A stretch of 64,000 nucleotides of DNA from Candidatus Poribacteria bacterium (GCA_963663765.2 CAXXUA010000005.1:1664001-1728000); one strand, 5' to 3'; positions 10,069-21,318 are shown, counted from the first letter of the stretch. Translations and numbers: made by a program. The notes: generated by a model from the letters alone, not told the origin.

Positions 10069-11199
10069 ATGAAAATACGTACAATTACTACAGGTATCCC
10101 ATTCCCATTTTCTTCTTACCAACTCCAACGTGCCGCAAAATTTAATACTGCCTGCAAAACGGCCATTGAAGCGAACGGTTACGAAGTCCAAACGACACGT
10201 GTTAGCTGCCAAATCTGGGATGAGCAAAGAGATATAGAGACCATCCTTGCATTAGAGAATGAAGCACAAGCATTAGGGATTGAGTTTCTGAGCTTAGGCA
10301 CAATTCCACCTGAAAAAAGATGCACAGCAACACACCTTGCACAGGTCGCAGATGTGATTGTAAAAAGCGAGATACTATTTGCAACCGTAACCCTAACGTC
10401 AGATACCGGACAAGTTGTACCAAACATTGCAGAAACCACTGCCGACATCATCCGGCAGATAGCACACCAAACCGAAGCAGGCTACGGTAACCTGCGCTTT
10501 GCTGCTTTGATGAACTGCCCCCCGAATACCCCCTTCTTCCCAGCTGCATACTGGCGCGACACCAGAACTAATTTCAGCATCGGATGGCAAGCGATTGACC
10601 TCGTCCAAGATGCCTTCACTGATGCACCGAATTTAGAAGCCGGGTTGCAAAATATGAAGACAGCAATGGAAGTGGAAGGAAAGAAAGTTGTCGCACTTGT
10701 GGAAACCATCGCAAAAGACTGTGGTATAAAGTTTATCGGTATTGACGTGTCGCTTGCACCGATGGGTAATGACAGCATCGCTTATGCAATGGAACAACTC
10801 CTCCCAGGATGCTTCGGTGATAGTGGCACCTTGACAGCCGCCGCAGGTATCACACGAACCCTTAAGTCCCTCTCCTTGCCGCTGTGTGGATATTCGGGAC
10901 TAATGCTCCCTGTGCTGGAAGACATCGGACTCGGCAAGCGGAGTGAAGAATGCTATTTCAATTTAGACAGCCTCCTCCTATATTCCTCTGTCTGTGGAAC
11001 GGGATTGGACACAATCCCTATTCCCGGGGATGCTTCCACTGAACAGATCGCCGCCATTTTGTCTGATGTCGCAACCCTCTCTATGCAGCTCAAAAAACCA
11101 CTATCTGTCCGTCTTTTCCCCGTTCCCGGTCGCAGGGCAGGTGACATAACGCAGTTTCAATCACCTTATCTCACAAACACTGCAGTGATGCAGATATAA
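10069..11199 (+). CDS. DUF711 family (PFL-like fold) protein
   Basis: MKIRTIT start, PFFPAAY, GIDVSLAP, GYSGLMLPVLED, SVCGTGLDTIPIPG motifs. Confidence 0.85.
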   Translation: MKIRTITTGIPFPFSSYQLQRAAKFNTACKTAIEANGYEVQTTRVSCQIWDEQRDIETILALENEAQALGIEFLSLGTIPPEKRCTATHLAQVADVIVKSEILFATVTLTSDTGQVVPNIAETTADIIRQIAHQTEAGYGNLRFAALMNCPPNTPFFPAAYWRDTRTNFSIGWQAIDLVQDAFTDAPNLEAGLQNMKTAMEVEGKKVVALVETIAKDCGIKFIGIDVSLAPMGNDSIAYAMEQLLPGCFGDSGTLTAAAGITRTLKSLSLPLCGYSGLMLPVLEDIGLGKRSEECYFNLDSLLLYSSVCGTGLDTIPIPGDASTEQIAAILSDVATLSMQLKKPLSVRLFPVPGRRAGDITQFQSPYLTNTAVMQI

Positions 11200-11241
11200 A
11201 CAGAAATTCAACATGCAATTCATAGTTTTTCTGCTAAAAAA

Positions 11242-11992
11242 CAAGTTTATTCAGTTTTAAGAGCAGGACTTACGCACCCAACGGTAGGCGTGCTTTGTAA
11301 GCGCGCCGTTGCCAATAGGAGGGAAACCTTGAAATCCCGATTTTCTCACTCAAGGTAGGCGGGGAATGCCTAAACGGCATTCATACCGTTGATTTCTTGA
11401 TTTGATGCTTTGTAAGCGCGCCGTTGCTAATCCTGTGTTTATGACGCACATACAAAACACGCCTACCGGGATGGGGTATTTAGCACTTGGCTTTTTCTTA
11501 AGTTGACACCTATGGGGTCTCTGTGCCCCGCCGCAACTGATTAAATAAGAGATTGCGGAAACAGCACCCATAGGTGTTGTCAACATAAGGAAATATTGTT
11601 AATATCAACCCCATACTCTTCAGTCCCGTAGGGACGATATGTTTATAGATAACGAATACCCTCCCATGTCTTTAGTCCCGTAGGGACGATATGTTTATAG
11701 ATAACGAGTTCCCACCCCTTTTTAGTCCCGTAGGGACGATATGTTTATAGATAACGAATACCCTCCCCATGTCTTTAGTCCCGACAAATGCCATACGCGC
11801 ATTTGGCGTTGATTTGGTAGGGACGATATGTTTATTCTTCTATGCCGTTCCTACGGAACTCAAGAGGGGTAGATAACATATTTCTATAAACATATCGTCC
11901 CTACGGGACTAAAGACATGTACAAGATGGCAATACATAATATTAACGTTATAGTAAACACTCATCAAAAATACCTAAAACTAAATAACCCTG
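11242..11992. mobile_element. Composite, degenerate CAGGG-family MITE with nested element ends and a REP array
   Basis: Degenerate left end caagtttattcagtttt, right end aaaactaaataaccctg. Contains a caggacttacgca end (11264), CATAGG-family ends (~11497-11514, 11569) and agtcccgtagggacgatatg repeats. Confidence 0.65.
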
Positions 11993-12002
11993 CCTTTTTT
12001 CC

Positions 12003-12031
12003 TTGCCAATTCCCACAGCATTTGATAAGAT
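12003..12031 (+). promoter_or_regulatory. Putative sigma70 promoter of the sulfatase gene
   Basis: ttgcca-N17-taagat. Confidence 0.45.
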
Positions 12032-12072
12032 GATAAAAAACATATTACTGTGATAGGAAGGAAAACATCCCA

Positions 12073-13530
12073 ATGGCAGACAAACCTCATGTCCTACTAA
12101 TTAGCACAGACCATTGGCCCAACTCACTACTCGGTGTCAGTGGACATCCAGATATCCAAACTCCGACCCTTGACTCACTCGCCCGCGCAGGCACCCGATT
12201 TACCAACGGATACAGTGAATGTCCTGTCTGTGTCCCTGCCCGAAAAACCTTGATGACAGGCACAACAACACGCACACACAAAGACAGAACTTTCAACGAC
12301 AAAAAAGGTATAGATGGACTGCCAACCATCGCACAGACGTTTCGCGATGCAGGTTATCAGGCTCATGCTGTCGGTAAGCTGCATGTATATCCACAACGTG
12401 ACCGCATCGGATTTGACGATGTGATTTTAGGTGAAGAAGGCAGATTACAATATGGTGTAATTGACGATTATGAACTCTTCCTCGGAGACAGAGGCTATGC
12501 AGGACAACAGTTCGCACACGGTATGTGCAACAACGATTATCTCAACCGTCCTTGGCACCTCCCCGAAGAATGCCACGTCACCAACTGGAGCACACAACAG
12601 ATGGTTCGACAGATAAAACGCCGAGACCCCACCAGACCCGGCTTCTGGTTCCTCTCCTATTGTCATCCACACCCGCCTTTAGCACCACTTCAATGTTACA
12701 TGGATATGTATCGCAACATTGAAATAGAGATGCCATATCACGGAGAATGGTCTAAAGACTCTGACAAACTCCCTTTACCTCTCAAATCCAAACAGATGCA
12801 GAATGCACAATATAGTGAAAACCTAATCCGCTCAGCACGACAAGCATTCTACGCACTCTGTACGCACATTGACCATCAATTACGTCTCGTTGTCGGCACA
12901 CTCCGCGAAGAAGGTTTGTTGAACAATACAATCATACTGTTTACATCCGACCATGGCGATATGCTCGGTAACCACAGACTTTGGGCAAAACGACTCTACT
13001 ATGAAGACTCCACTAACGTGCCAATGCTCCTCGTCGGCACCGCAGGCGATGACAGAGTGGGACACAACAGAGTTGACAACCGTCTCGTTGGATGGCAAGA
13101 TGTCATGCCAACACTACTCCATCTTGCTGGTATTGATATACCCAACACAGTTGACGGCATGCCCATGGTAGGCGACAATAAACGCGAATGGTTATATGGA
13201 GAAGTCGGTAGTGGTAGCAGTGCCACGCGCATGATACATGAAGGACGGTACAAACTCATATATTACGCTATGGGAAACTACCGCCAACTCTTTGATCTGG
13301 AGGAGGACCCCAGAGAGTTGAACGACCTATCGAATTCACCCACGCATGCTGAAATCCTTGAGCGATTGACCAACCTACTCATCGGTGAACTCTATGGTGG
13401 TGATGAAAAGTGGGTACAAGATGGTGAATTTGTTGGACTACCAGACAAACCGTATCGTCCCTCTGCAAACCGCAGTTTATCCGGACAGCGCGGACTCCAC
13501 TGGCCACAATCTCCATCTACCGGACGTTGA
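12073..13530 (+). CDS. Sulfatase (formylglycine-dependent, Cys-type)
   Basis: CVPARKTLMTG (CxPxR), GKLH, PHPP, TSDHGDMLG motifs. Confidence 0.93.
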   Translation: MADKPHVLLISTDHWPNSLLGVSGHPDIQTPTLDSLARAGTRFTNGYSECPVCVPARKTLMTGTTTRTHKDRTFNDKKGIDGLPTIAQTFRDAGYQAHAVGKLHVYPQRDRIGFDDVILGEEGRLQYGVIDDYELFLGDRGYAGQQFAHGMCNNDYLNRPWHLPEECHVTNWSTQQMVRQIKRRDPTRPGFWFLSYCHPHPPLAPLQCYMDMYRNIEIEMPYHGEWSKDSDKLPLPLKSKQMQNAQYSENLIRSARQAFYALCTHIDHQLRLVVGTLREEGLLNNTIILFTSDHGDMLGNHRLWAKRLYYEDSTNVPMLLVGTAGDDRVGHNRVDNRLVGWQDVMPTLLHLAGIDIPNTVDGMPMVGDNKREWLYGEVGSGSSATRMIHEGRYKLIYYAMGNYRQLFDLEEDPRELNDLSNSPTHAEILERLTNLLIGELYGGDEKWVQDGEFVGLPDKPYRPSANRSLSGQRGLHWPQSPSTGR

Positions 13531-13531
13531 A

Positions 13532-13964
13532 CAGGGTTATTTAGTTTTAAAAGTTTTCTGTTATTGAGATGGACTGAAAGTTAATACCCAAATGAGGTCT
13601 TCTAACTGCACCTTACACGTCAATTTTAGATTATTGAAACATGAACATCGGTCTTTAGTCCCGACAAATGCCATACGGGGAATGCCTAAATGGCATTCAT
13701 ACCGTTGATTTGGCGCATTTGGCGTTGATTTGGTAGGGACGATATGTTTATAGATAACGAGTACCCTTCCCAGTTCTTCTTTAGTCCCGTAGGGACGATA
13801 TGTTTATTCTTCTATGCCGTTCCTACGGAACTCAAGAGGGGCAGATAACATTTTTCTATAAACATATCGTCCCTACGGGACTAAAGACATGGACAATATG
13901 GCAACACATAATATTAACGTTATAGTAAACATTCATCAAAAATACCTAAAACTGAATAACCCTG
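13532..13964. mobile_element. CAGGG-family MITE
   Basis: 17-bp TIR cagggttatttagtttt / aaaactgaataaccctg; perfect 9-bp target duplication gacgttgaa; internal REP/REPIN cargo. Confidence 0.9.
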
Positions 13965-13968
13965 GACG

Positions 13969-13997
13969 TTGAATATCCTGACCAAATGTGGTATTAT
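13969..13997 (+). promoter_or_regulatory. Putative sigma70 promoter of hsdM
   Basis: ttgaat-N17-tattat with extended -10 TG; near-identical copy at 24813-24841. Confidence 0.65.
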
Positions 13998-14047
13998 TTT
14001 AAGCAACAATCCCATAATGCCACATTTAGGTGAACCCGTAAGAAGTT

Positions 14048-15655
14048 ATGGCAAAAAAGAATTCAGATACAAACGCAAATAATAACGGTGCAACACTCGG
14101 CTTTGAAGCAACTTTATACCAAGCAGCAGATAAACTTCGCAATAACATAGATGCTGCTGAATACAAGCATGTCGTGTTGGGGTTGATTTTCCTCAAATAT
14201 ATTTCTGATTCCTTTGAGGAAAAGTATAACTTTCTACTGGAAGAGTATTCTAATCCACAGAGTGAATTTTTTGTTGCAGAGAAAACAGACCGTTATACGT
14301 ATGCAGAGGATAGAGATGAATACTTAGCAGAAAACATCTTTTATGTACCAAAGGAAGCGCGCTGGTCACATTTACAGGCAAACGCAAAGCAGCCAGAAAT
14401 TGGGAAACTGATTGATAACGCGATGCATGCAATTGAACAGGAAAACCCACGACTCAAAGGTATACTGCCCAAGAACTACGCACGACCAACGCTTGACAAG
14501 CAAACACTCGGTGAACTTGTTGATCTCATCGGCACAATCGGTTTAGGTGAAGAGGAAAATCGCTCAAAAGATATTTTGGGCAGAGTTTATGAATATTTCC
14601 TCGCACGGTTTGCCAGTGCCGAAGGCAAAAGGGGTGGTCAGTTTTACACCCCTCGCTGTGTCGTACAACTACTTGTTGAAATGCTCTCGCCATATCAAGG
14701 AAGAATTTACGACCCTTGCTGCGGTTCAGGCGGCATGTTTGTCCAAAGTGAGGAATTTGTAGAAGCACACGGTGGACAGCGCGATGATATCTCTATTTAT
14801 GGACAGGAGTCCAACCCAACCACGCGGCAATTGGCACTGATGAACCTCGCTATTAGAGGTATTGAGGCGAATCTCGGACAGGAACATGCCGACAGTTTTC
14901 ACGACGATCAACACCCAGACCTGAAAGTCGACTACATCCTCGCTAATCCACCTTTCAACAGTAGCGACTGGGGCGGTGATCGATTACGTGAAGATAAACG
15001 TTGGGCTTACGGCACACCGCCTACCGGCAACGCTAACTTTGCTTGGGTGCAGCACTTTATCTATCACCTCGCACCAAACGGTATCGCTGGATTTGTGTTA
15101 GCAAACGGTTCTATGAGTACAAATACCGCAACCGAAGGCAAAATTCGCAAGAACATTGTTGAGGCAGACTTAGTGGATTGCATGGTCGCTTTGCCCGGGC
15201 AGCTCTTCTATTCTACCTCTATTCCCGTTTGCCTCTGGTTTATCGCAAGGAACAAAGAAAATCGCCGCTTTCGGAAACGTACAGGTGAAACACTTTTTAT
15301 AGATGCACGCAGATTAGGGAAGATGATTGATCGTGTACATCGTGAGTTAACTACTTCAGAAATGAAACGTATAGCCGAAACCTATCACGCATGGCGAGGG
15401 GATGAAGGCGCAAGTGATTATGACGACGTGCCAGGTTTCTGTAAAACCACCACTCTTGTTGAAGTTCAAGAGCACGCTAACGTTCTGACTCCCGGCCGCT
15501 ACGTCGGCGCAGAAATAGTGGAAGAGGACGACGAACTATTTGAAGATACAATGGTAGACTTGACTGAGAAATTGACCGAACAGATGGCAGAGTCAAGGCG
15601 ATTGGATGATGCTATCGCGAAGAATTTGCAAACTCTCGGATTTGGAAATGGATAA
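14048..15655 (+). CDS. hsdM: Type I restriction-modification methyltransferase subunit
   Basis: HsdM N-terminal [32 protein letters not shown] (motif I), NPPF (motif IV). Confidence 0.96.
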   Translation: MAKKNSDTNANNNGATLGFEATLYQAADKLRNNIDAAEYKHVVLGLIFLKYISDSFEEKYNFLLEEYSNPQSEFFVAEKTDRYTYAEDRDEYLAENIFYVPKEARWSHLQANAKQPEIGKLIDNAMHAIEQENPRLKGILPKNYARPTLDKQTLGELVDLIGTIGLGEEENRSKDILGRVYEYFLARFASAEGKRGGQFYTPRCVVQLLVEMLSPYQGRIYDPCCGSGGMFVQSEEFVEAHGGQRDDISIYGQESNPTTRQLALMNLAIRGIEANLGQEHADSFHDDQHPDLKVDYILANPPFNSSDWGGDRLREDKRWAYGTPPTGNANFAWVQHFIYHLAPNGIAGFVLANGSMSTNTATEGKIRKNIVEADLVDCMVALPGQLFYSTSIPVCLWFIARNKENRRFRKRTGETLFIDARRLGKMIDRVHRELTTSEMKRIAETYHAWRGDEGASDYDDVPGFCKTTTLVEVQEHANVLTPGRYVGAEIVEEDDELFEDTMVDLTEKLTEQMAESRRLDDAIAKNLQTLGFGNG

Positions 15656-15664
15656 GAGGAAAAA

Positions 15665-15913
15665 ATGACAGTAAAAGAATTAATGGAATTTCTTGGAAAA
15701 TATCCAGACGATTTACGAGTTGTTGTCAACGGTTATGAGGATGGCTATGACGATATTTTACCAGAACGAATTTCCACCAGAAAAATAGAATTAGACGCAG
15801 GAACGCATGACTGGGAAGGACAACACAACGATCCACCCTATGAAACTGAAACAACAACTGACGATGCCGAAATTGTAGATGCTTTGGTTTTCTATCGCGC
15901 TCCGTATTATTGA
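15665..15913 (+). CDS. Small acidic hypothetical protein
   Basis: 82-aa ORF with RBS gaggaa directly after hsdM; starts MTVKELMEFL..YPDDLRV. Confidence 0.65.
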   Translation: MTVKELMEFLGKYPDDLRVVVNGYEDGYDDILPERISTRKIELDAGTHDWEGQHNDPPYETETTTDDAEIVDALVFYRAPYY

Positions 15914-15960
15914 ACTCAAAGAAAACACATGGCAATACTGAGGTGAAACCTATTAAGGAA

Positions 15961-16117
15961 CAGGACTTACGCACCCAACGGTAGGCGCGCTTTGTAGGTG
16001 GGGAATGCCAAAAGGCATTCATACCGTTGATTTGGCGCTGGAAACCGAAAAAATGCTGAAAATTACACCATTTTCGTCATAATTCTTCATCAAATCATGA
16101 AAACTGCGTAAGTCCTG
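15961..16117. mobile_element. CAGGAC-family MITE
   Basis: Perfect 13-bp TIR caggacttacgca / tgcgtaagtcctg; 6-bp duplication aaggaa; internal gtaggcgcgc REP interrupted by a 35-nt insert. Confidence 0.88.
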
Positions 16118-16135
16118 AAGGAAAATAGAGAAACT

Positions 16136-17461
16136 ATGGAAACCCACGAAAGTCGGGGCATCCGAAAAAACTCATCGAATCTGGTGAAGCTTGAAGATGT
16201 TGTTCAAATTAATCCTCAGCGAACACTTAACAAAACAAACGAGGCATTCCATCTTGCTATGCGAGATGTTGAAGTATACAGACGGAAAATTACTTCACAT
16301 TCATATAAAGAATTTCGGGGATCTGGCGCACGGTTTCAAAATGGAGATACGCTTTTAGCTCGCATCACGCCTTGCCTTGAAAATGGTAAAACTGTATATG
16401 TAGACTGTCTGAAACCTGATCAAGTTGGGCATGGATCAACTGAGTTTATTGTCCTATCTGGAATTAAAGGTAAAACAGATAATTTGTTTGTATACTATTT
16501 AGCAAGAGATCTGAATTTTCGCACGTTCGCAATTCATTCAATGCGGGGTTCTACAGGACGCCAGCGAGTTGATGCAAATTCGTTACGTTTGTTTGATTTG
16601 TCACTACCTTCTATTGAGGAACAACGCCGCATCGCTCACATCCTCGGTACACTTGACGACAAAATAGAACTCAACCGACAGATGAATGAAACACTGGAAG
16701 CGACAGCACGCGCAATTTTCAAGTCGTGGTTTGTGAACTTTGACCCCGTAAAGGCAAAGATGGAGGGACGCACACCTGTATGCATGGATGCCGATACCGC
16801 TGCCTTATTCCCAACAGTATTCCAAGATTCTCCGCTGGGGAAAATTCCGGAAGGATGGACAGTTGGAACACTTGGCGAGATTGCGAAAAATGTTCGGAGG
16901 AGTGTAAAAGCGAGTGAAATTGAATCTATCGACTGTTTTCTTGGATTAGAACACATGCCAAGGCGTAATATCGCTCTTTCTCAATGGCAAATAGATGCTA
17001 ATATCGCAAGTAGTAAGTATCGTTTCAGAAAAGGTGAAATCCTTTTTGGCAAACTTAATCCTCATTTCCATAAGGTTGGCGTTGCACCTATTGACGGGAT
17101 TTGCTCCACTGACATTTTAGTAATTCAACCTATTGATTCAGAATGGTTTGGTGTTATCTTAAGTCTTGTATCAAGTGATAATTTTGTTGCTTATACTACT
17201 GCATGTTCGAAGGGGACAACATTACCACGTACAAATTGGAATGATATGTCACGGTACGAAATCGCACTACCTAAAACGGAAATAGCTAAAAAATATACTG
17301 AATTCATACGACCTATCGTCAAGAAGATAGTCGAAAATATCCATAAATCTCACACCCTTTCCCAAATCCGAGACACACTGCTGCCAAAACTATTATCAGG
17401 TGAAATTCGTGTAGACGATGCAGTTGAGATATTGGAGGCACAAGATGGTGGACAATCCTAA
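16136..17461 (+). CDS. hsdS: Type I restriction-modification specificity subunit
   Basis: Two TRDs joined by LPSIEEQRRIAHILGTLDDKIELNRQMNETLE; ends RDTLLPKLLSGEIRV. Confidence 0.95.
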   Translation: METHESRGIRKNSSNLVKLEDVVQINPQRTLNKTNEAFHLAMRDVEVYRRKITSHSYKEFRGSGARFQNGDTLLARITPCLENGKTVYVDCLKPDQVGHGSTEFIVLSGIKGKTDNLFVYYLARDLNFRTFAIHSMRGSTGRQRVDANSLRLFDLSLPSIEEQRRIAHILGTLDDKIELNRQMNETLEATARAIFKSWFVNFDPVKAKMEGRTPVCMDADTAALFPTVFQDSPLGKIPEGWTVGTLGEIAKNVRRSVKASEIESIDCFLGLEHMPRRNIALSQWQIDANIASSKYRFRKGEILFGKLNPHFHKVGVAPIDGICSTDILVIQPIDSEWFGVILSLVSSDNFVAYTTACSKGTTLPRTNWNDMSRYEIALPKTEIAKKYTEFIRPIVKKIVENIHKSHTLSQIRDTLLPKLLSGEIRVDDAVEILEAQDGGQS

Positions 17462-18959
17462 AGTATTTATTTCATATTCTCACGATTCCCCAGAGCATAA
17501 ACAATGGGTAGCGGAACTTGCTGAAAAACTTCGGCACAGTGGCATTGATGCCATACTTGACCAATGGGACCTTGGATTCGGAGATGATATAACACGATTC
17601 ATGGAACGTGGCATTGTAGATGCTGATAGGGTGTTGGTTATTTGTACAGACAAATACGTGAGCAAAGCAAACGCAAATGAGGGTGGTGTTGGCTATGAGC
17701 GGATGATTGTAAACTCGGAACTTGTTCAGAATTTAGGGACAGACAAATTTATTCCTATCATACGTCAGGCATCAGGAAAAGAAAAAACACCCGTATTTTT
17801 AGGTACAAGAGTTTATGCTGACTTTAGAGATGACAGTCAATTTGACGCGGAATGTGAGAAATTAATTCGTGACCTTCACGAAATGCCAATTATAGAGAAG
17901 CCCCCTTTGGGAAAAAATCCGTTCCCTTCTGTAGCTACAGATCCGCAGCTGGTTGATATTCCGAAGCATGTTGAATCTGCCTCCGAAGCTTACAACACAG
18001 CGTCTAAGATAATACGGACAGGAGACACATTTGGATGGCGTGAACTTATCAAGCAAATTCGACCCAACGTATTTAGAACATTAGTCAAATGGCGGCAAGA
18101 TGAGTTGGACGGTCAAAAACCTGAAGGAAAAGAACACTTAGTTCAAGTTGTGGATAAAGTAGTCGAGATTATATCCCCTTTAATGGCTGTTGCATTAGTG
18201 GGAGTTGCATCTGGTAGAGAGGAATTTCGGAATCAAAAATCTTTGATTGATGACTTGCAAAACATTGTAGGATGGAATCCTGCTGGGTACGATGTTTGGA
18301 TACGTCTTCCGAACGCGTTAGGGTACGTGTACCACAGCCTGCATGGTTGCGTCTGTATGAGTACATCTCAGATAGATCTTGCCCTGGGACTTGCGCGGAT
18401 TAAGATTTCTGTTGTTGTCGAAACTCTCGGAACAAGATTTTTTCCCTTATGGGAAATGAGCGAATTTAGAGGTTATCCCATATCAATTAGTGGAACTCGT
18501 GGTGGAAATAGTCTCGAAAGTTGGAACTATTTGTTTAATGCCTATGATAGATGGGATTGGTTAACTTCTATATTTGAGACTGAATCAGAATACCAAACTT
18601 CATTGGTAGCGTATTACATGTTACTCAATATCCATGAATTAGCAACAGTAATCGCTGCAGGTAGTGCCAACACTTTGAAAACAAGTTCAGAATATTGGTT
18701 CACAGTCCCATTGACTTTTTTGTATGGAGATTACGATATTACGAATCGTGCTACTTCTCTATTGCGTCGTAATCCAGAAGTTTTCATGGAATTATGGACA
18801 TGCTTAGATGTTACGCGTGAGCAGATAGAGAACTCCTGGGATGATTGGACAAACTTGGTTGAAAAAGAATTGTCTAAATTAGTGTTTAGCAAACCTGATA
18901 ATCCAAAATCTCTTTTAAATCTTTCTGATATTTATAGACCTCTCTTTGATGGTATGTAA
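17445..18959 (+). CDS. TIR/SEFIR-like domain protein with unknown helical C-terminal region
   Basis: PKVFISYSHDS, ILDQWDL, ADRVLVICT, GGVGYE motifs. ATG 17445 follows ggagg and overlaps the end of hsdS. Confidence 0.85.
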   Translation: MVDNPKVFISYSHDSPEHKQWVAELAEKLRHSGIDAILDQWDLGFGDDITRFMERGIVDADRVLVICTDKYVSKANANEGGVGYERMIVNSELVQNLGTDKFIPIIRQASGKEKTPVFLGTRVYADFRDDSQFDAECEKLIRDLHEMPIIEKPPLGKNPFPSVATDPQLVDIPKHVESASEAYNTASKIIRTGDTFGWRELIKQIRPNVFRTLVKWRQDELDGQKPEGKEHLVQVVDKVVEIISPLMAVALVGVASGREEFRNQKSLIDDLQNIVGWNPAGYDVWIRLPNALGYVYHSLHGCVCMSTSQIDLALGLARIKISVVVETLGTRFFPLWEMSEFRGYPISISGTRGGNSLESWNYLFNAYDRWDWLTSIFETESEYQTSLVAYYMLLNIHELATVIAAGSANTLKTSSEYWFTVPLTFLYGDYDITNRATSLLRRNPEVFMELWTCLDVTREQIENSWDDWTNLVEKELSKLVFSKPDNPKSLLNLSDIYRPLFDGM

Positions 18960-19016
18960 GTTTAACCGTTATTGCTTGAAATCTTCGAAAATTATCTAAA
19001 ATTTAGTAACACATAG

Positions 19017-20687
19017 ATGACAAAAACTCCTAAGGTCTTCATTTCATATTCTCACGATTCTCGAGATCACAAGCTGTGGGTGTCCAAGTTCGCTGTACGA
19101 CTTCAGCACAATGATGTTGATATTATACTTGATCAGCGTGTCCCTAACCTAGACGAGAACTCTATGCAATTCATGGAATCTGGTGTTAGAGATGCAGATA
19201 GGATCTTGGTCATTTGCACGGACAGTTACGTGCGAAAGGCAAATGATGGTGAAGATGGTATTGGATACGAGCCGATGATTGTAACTCATAAACTTGTTGA
19301 ATATCTCGGAACTAATAAATTCATCTCTATAATTCGTCAGACATTAACAGAAGAGAAAACACCAGAATTTTTGAGAGACCAGGTTTATATTGACTTTACG
19401 GATGACGAACAATTTGATGCAAAATTTGAGGAACTCCTTCATGAACGCCTCTTAGTCCCACCCATACAAACACCTGATGTCCCACACATTGAGTCATTGA
19501 GCATAAAAAACTACCGCGCGCTACGGGATATAGAATTGAAACAACTTAAACCCCTAACTGTCTTTTTAGGCGCAAACGGTAGCGGTAAATCGACGTTCTT
19601 TGATGTGTTCGCTTTCCTCTCTGAATGTTTCACAGTTGGGTTAGATAGCACATGGAAAAAAAGAGGTGGACTTAAAGAACTGAGGAGTCGCGGCTGTGAT
19701 GGCCCAATTGAATTTGAACTAAAATATCGTGAGAAACCTAAATCGCCAATTATCACATACCATCTGTCTATTGATGAAAACATGGAAGGACCATTTATAA
19801 CCACCGAGTGGTTACAGTGGAGGGTCGGTAGAGGCGGAAAACATGTTCGTTTTCTCAATTTTGAGCGTGGGACAGGGAGTGTTATCCCCGGTGAAAAACC
19901 TGATAAAACAGGAACTCCAATTCATGAACAACTTGCTGATCCATCTACACTTGCTGTCAACATGTTTGGTCAATCTTCACAACACCCCCGCATGAGAGCA
20001 CTCCGCCGTTTTATTACAGATTGGCACCTCTCCTGCCTTTCCACCGACGCCACACGCCAGACCACTGACGACGGACCGCAAAAAAGATTGTCCAAAACAG
20101 GAGACAATCTGACCAATGTTATCCAATATCTACAGGAAAGATACCCAGAACGTTTGGAGAAAATCATATCGCTACTGTCGGACCGAGTGCCACGTTTAGA
20201 AATGGTCGACACAGAATTAATGATAGATGGAAGACGTTTGCTGAAAATTAAAGACGCACCTTTTGAACAACCGATTTTGGCAAAGTTCGCTTCCGACGGC
20301 TCATTGAAGCTGCTATCTTACCTAATCCTATTTCATGATAGACAACCGCCGCAATTCATCGGTATTGAAGAACCTGAGAATTACCTACACCCACGCCTGT
20401 TGACCGGTTTAGTCGGGGACTGTTTTAATGCATCAGCTTCGTCTCAACTTATGATTACCACCCATTCACCTCATTTTGTTAATGAACTTCATCCTGAGGA
20501 TGTGTGGGTTTTGTATCGGGATGAACAAGGTTTCACAGTGTGTAAACGCGCGTCGGAGATGCAGGGAATAGAGCAGCTTTTGGATGCTGGCGCGAAATTA
20601 GGGAAACTCTGGATGGAAGGTTACTTTGAATTCGGTGACCCGTTGACCAATGCAGGAGGTCCAAAGCGAAATCTGCATGCACATTAA
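19017..20687 (+). CDS. TIR/SEFIR domain fused to an ABC-type (AAA_21-like) ATPase
   Basis: N-terminal PKVFISYSHDS...GIGYE; Walker A GANGSGKST, signature ASDGSLK, Walker B IGIEEPEN, H-loop ITTHSP. Confidence 0.88.
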   Translation: MTKTPKVFISYSHDSRDHKLWVSKFAVRLQHNDVDIILDQRVPNLDENSMQFMESGVRDADRILVICTDSYVRKANDGEDGIGYEPMIVTHKLVEYLGTNKFISIIRQTLTEEKTPEFLRDQVYIDFTDDEQFDAKFEELLHERLLVPPIQTPDVPHIESLSIKNYRALRDIELKQLKPLTVFLGANGSGKSTFFDVFAFLSECFTVGLDSTWKKRGGLKELRSRGCDGPIEFELKYREKPKSPIITYHLSIDENMEGPFITTEWLQWRVGRGGKHVRFLNFERGTGSVIPGEKPDKTGTPIHEQLADPSTLAVNMFGQSSQHPRMRALRRFITDWHLSCLSTDATRQTTDDGPQKRLSKTGDNLTNVIQYLQERYPERLEKIISLLSDRVPRLEMVDTELMIDGRRLLKIKDAPFEQPILAKFASDGSLKLLSYLILFHDRQPPQFIGIEEPENYLHPRLLTGLVGDCFNASASSQLMITTHSPHFVNELHPEDVWVLYRDEQGFTVCKRASEMQGIEQLLDAGAKLGKLWMEGYFEFGDPLTNAGGPKRNLHAH

Positions 20688-21300
20688 ATTCTTCTTAGAG
20701 GAGCTTTCTGCTGAGGTAGCATTAAAGCATATCTTGCCCAAGATTCTTTCACCAGATGTCATTTGTATCTTCCATGCATTTGAAGGAAAGGATGACATGC
20801 TCAAGGAATTGCCAAAGTTTATGAAAGGACACCGATGGATACCTAACGACTGGCGACTTATCGTGTTAATTGATGAAGATCGAAGAGACTGTCACGAACT
20901 CAAAGCAAAATTAGAAAAAGCAGCACACGATGCGGGTTTTGTGACAAAATCCAGTGCTGCTCCGAATGAAGACTTTCAAGTCGTCAATCGGTTAGCAATT
21001 GAAGAATTAGAGGCATGGTTTTTTGGAGACGTTGAGGCTTTACATGCAGCTTATCCAAGAATCTCAAAAAACCTCCAAACTCAAGCAAAATATCGTGATC
21101 CCGATGCAATTGGGGGAGGTACATGTGAGGCTTTAGAACATCTACTGAAACAAGCGCACTATTATAAGGGTTATCTACCCAAACGTGAGGTGGCTCAGAA
21201 GATCGCACAACACATGGAACCGAGTCGGAACACATCCAAAAGTTTTCAGGTTTTTGTTAATGGGCTTAAAGCATGTGTAGGAGAAGAATCATTGGTGTAA
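20677..21300 (+). CDS. DUF4276-like protein (partner of ABC ATPases, TOPRIM-like)
   Basis: FFLEELS, LIDED, IEELEAWFFGD, NTSKSF motifs; start overlaps the ATPase stop region. Confidence 0.8.
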   Translation: MHIKFFLEELSAEVALKHILPKILSPDVICIFHAFEGKDDMLKELPKFMKGHRWIPNDWRLIVLIDEDRRDCHELKAKLEKAAHDAGFVTKSSAAPNEDFQVVNRLAIEELEAWFFGDVEALHAAYPRISKNLQTQAKYRDPDAIGGGTCEALEHLLKQAHYYKGYLPKREVAQKIAQHMEPSRNTSKSFQVFVNGLKACVGEESLV

Positions 21301-21318
21301 CTTGGTTAGGACAATAAT

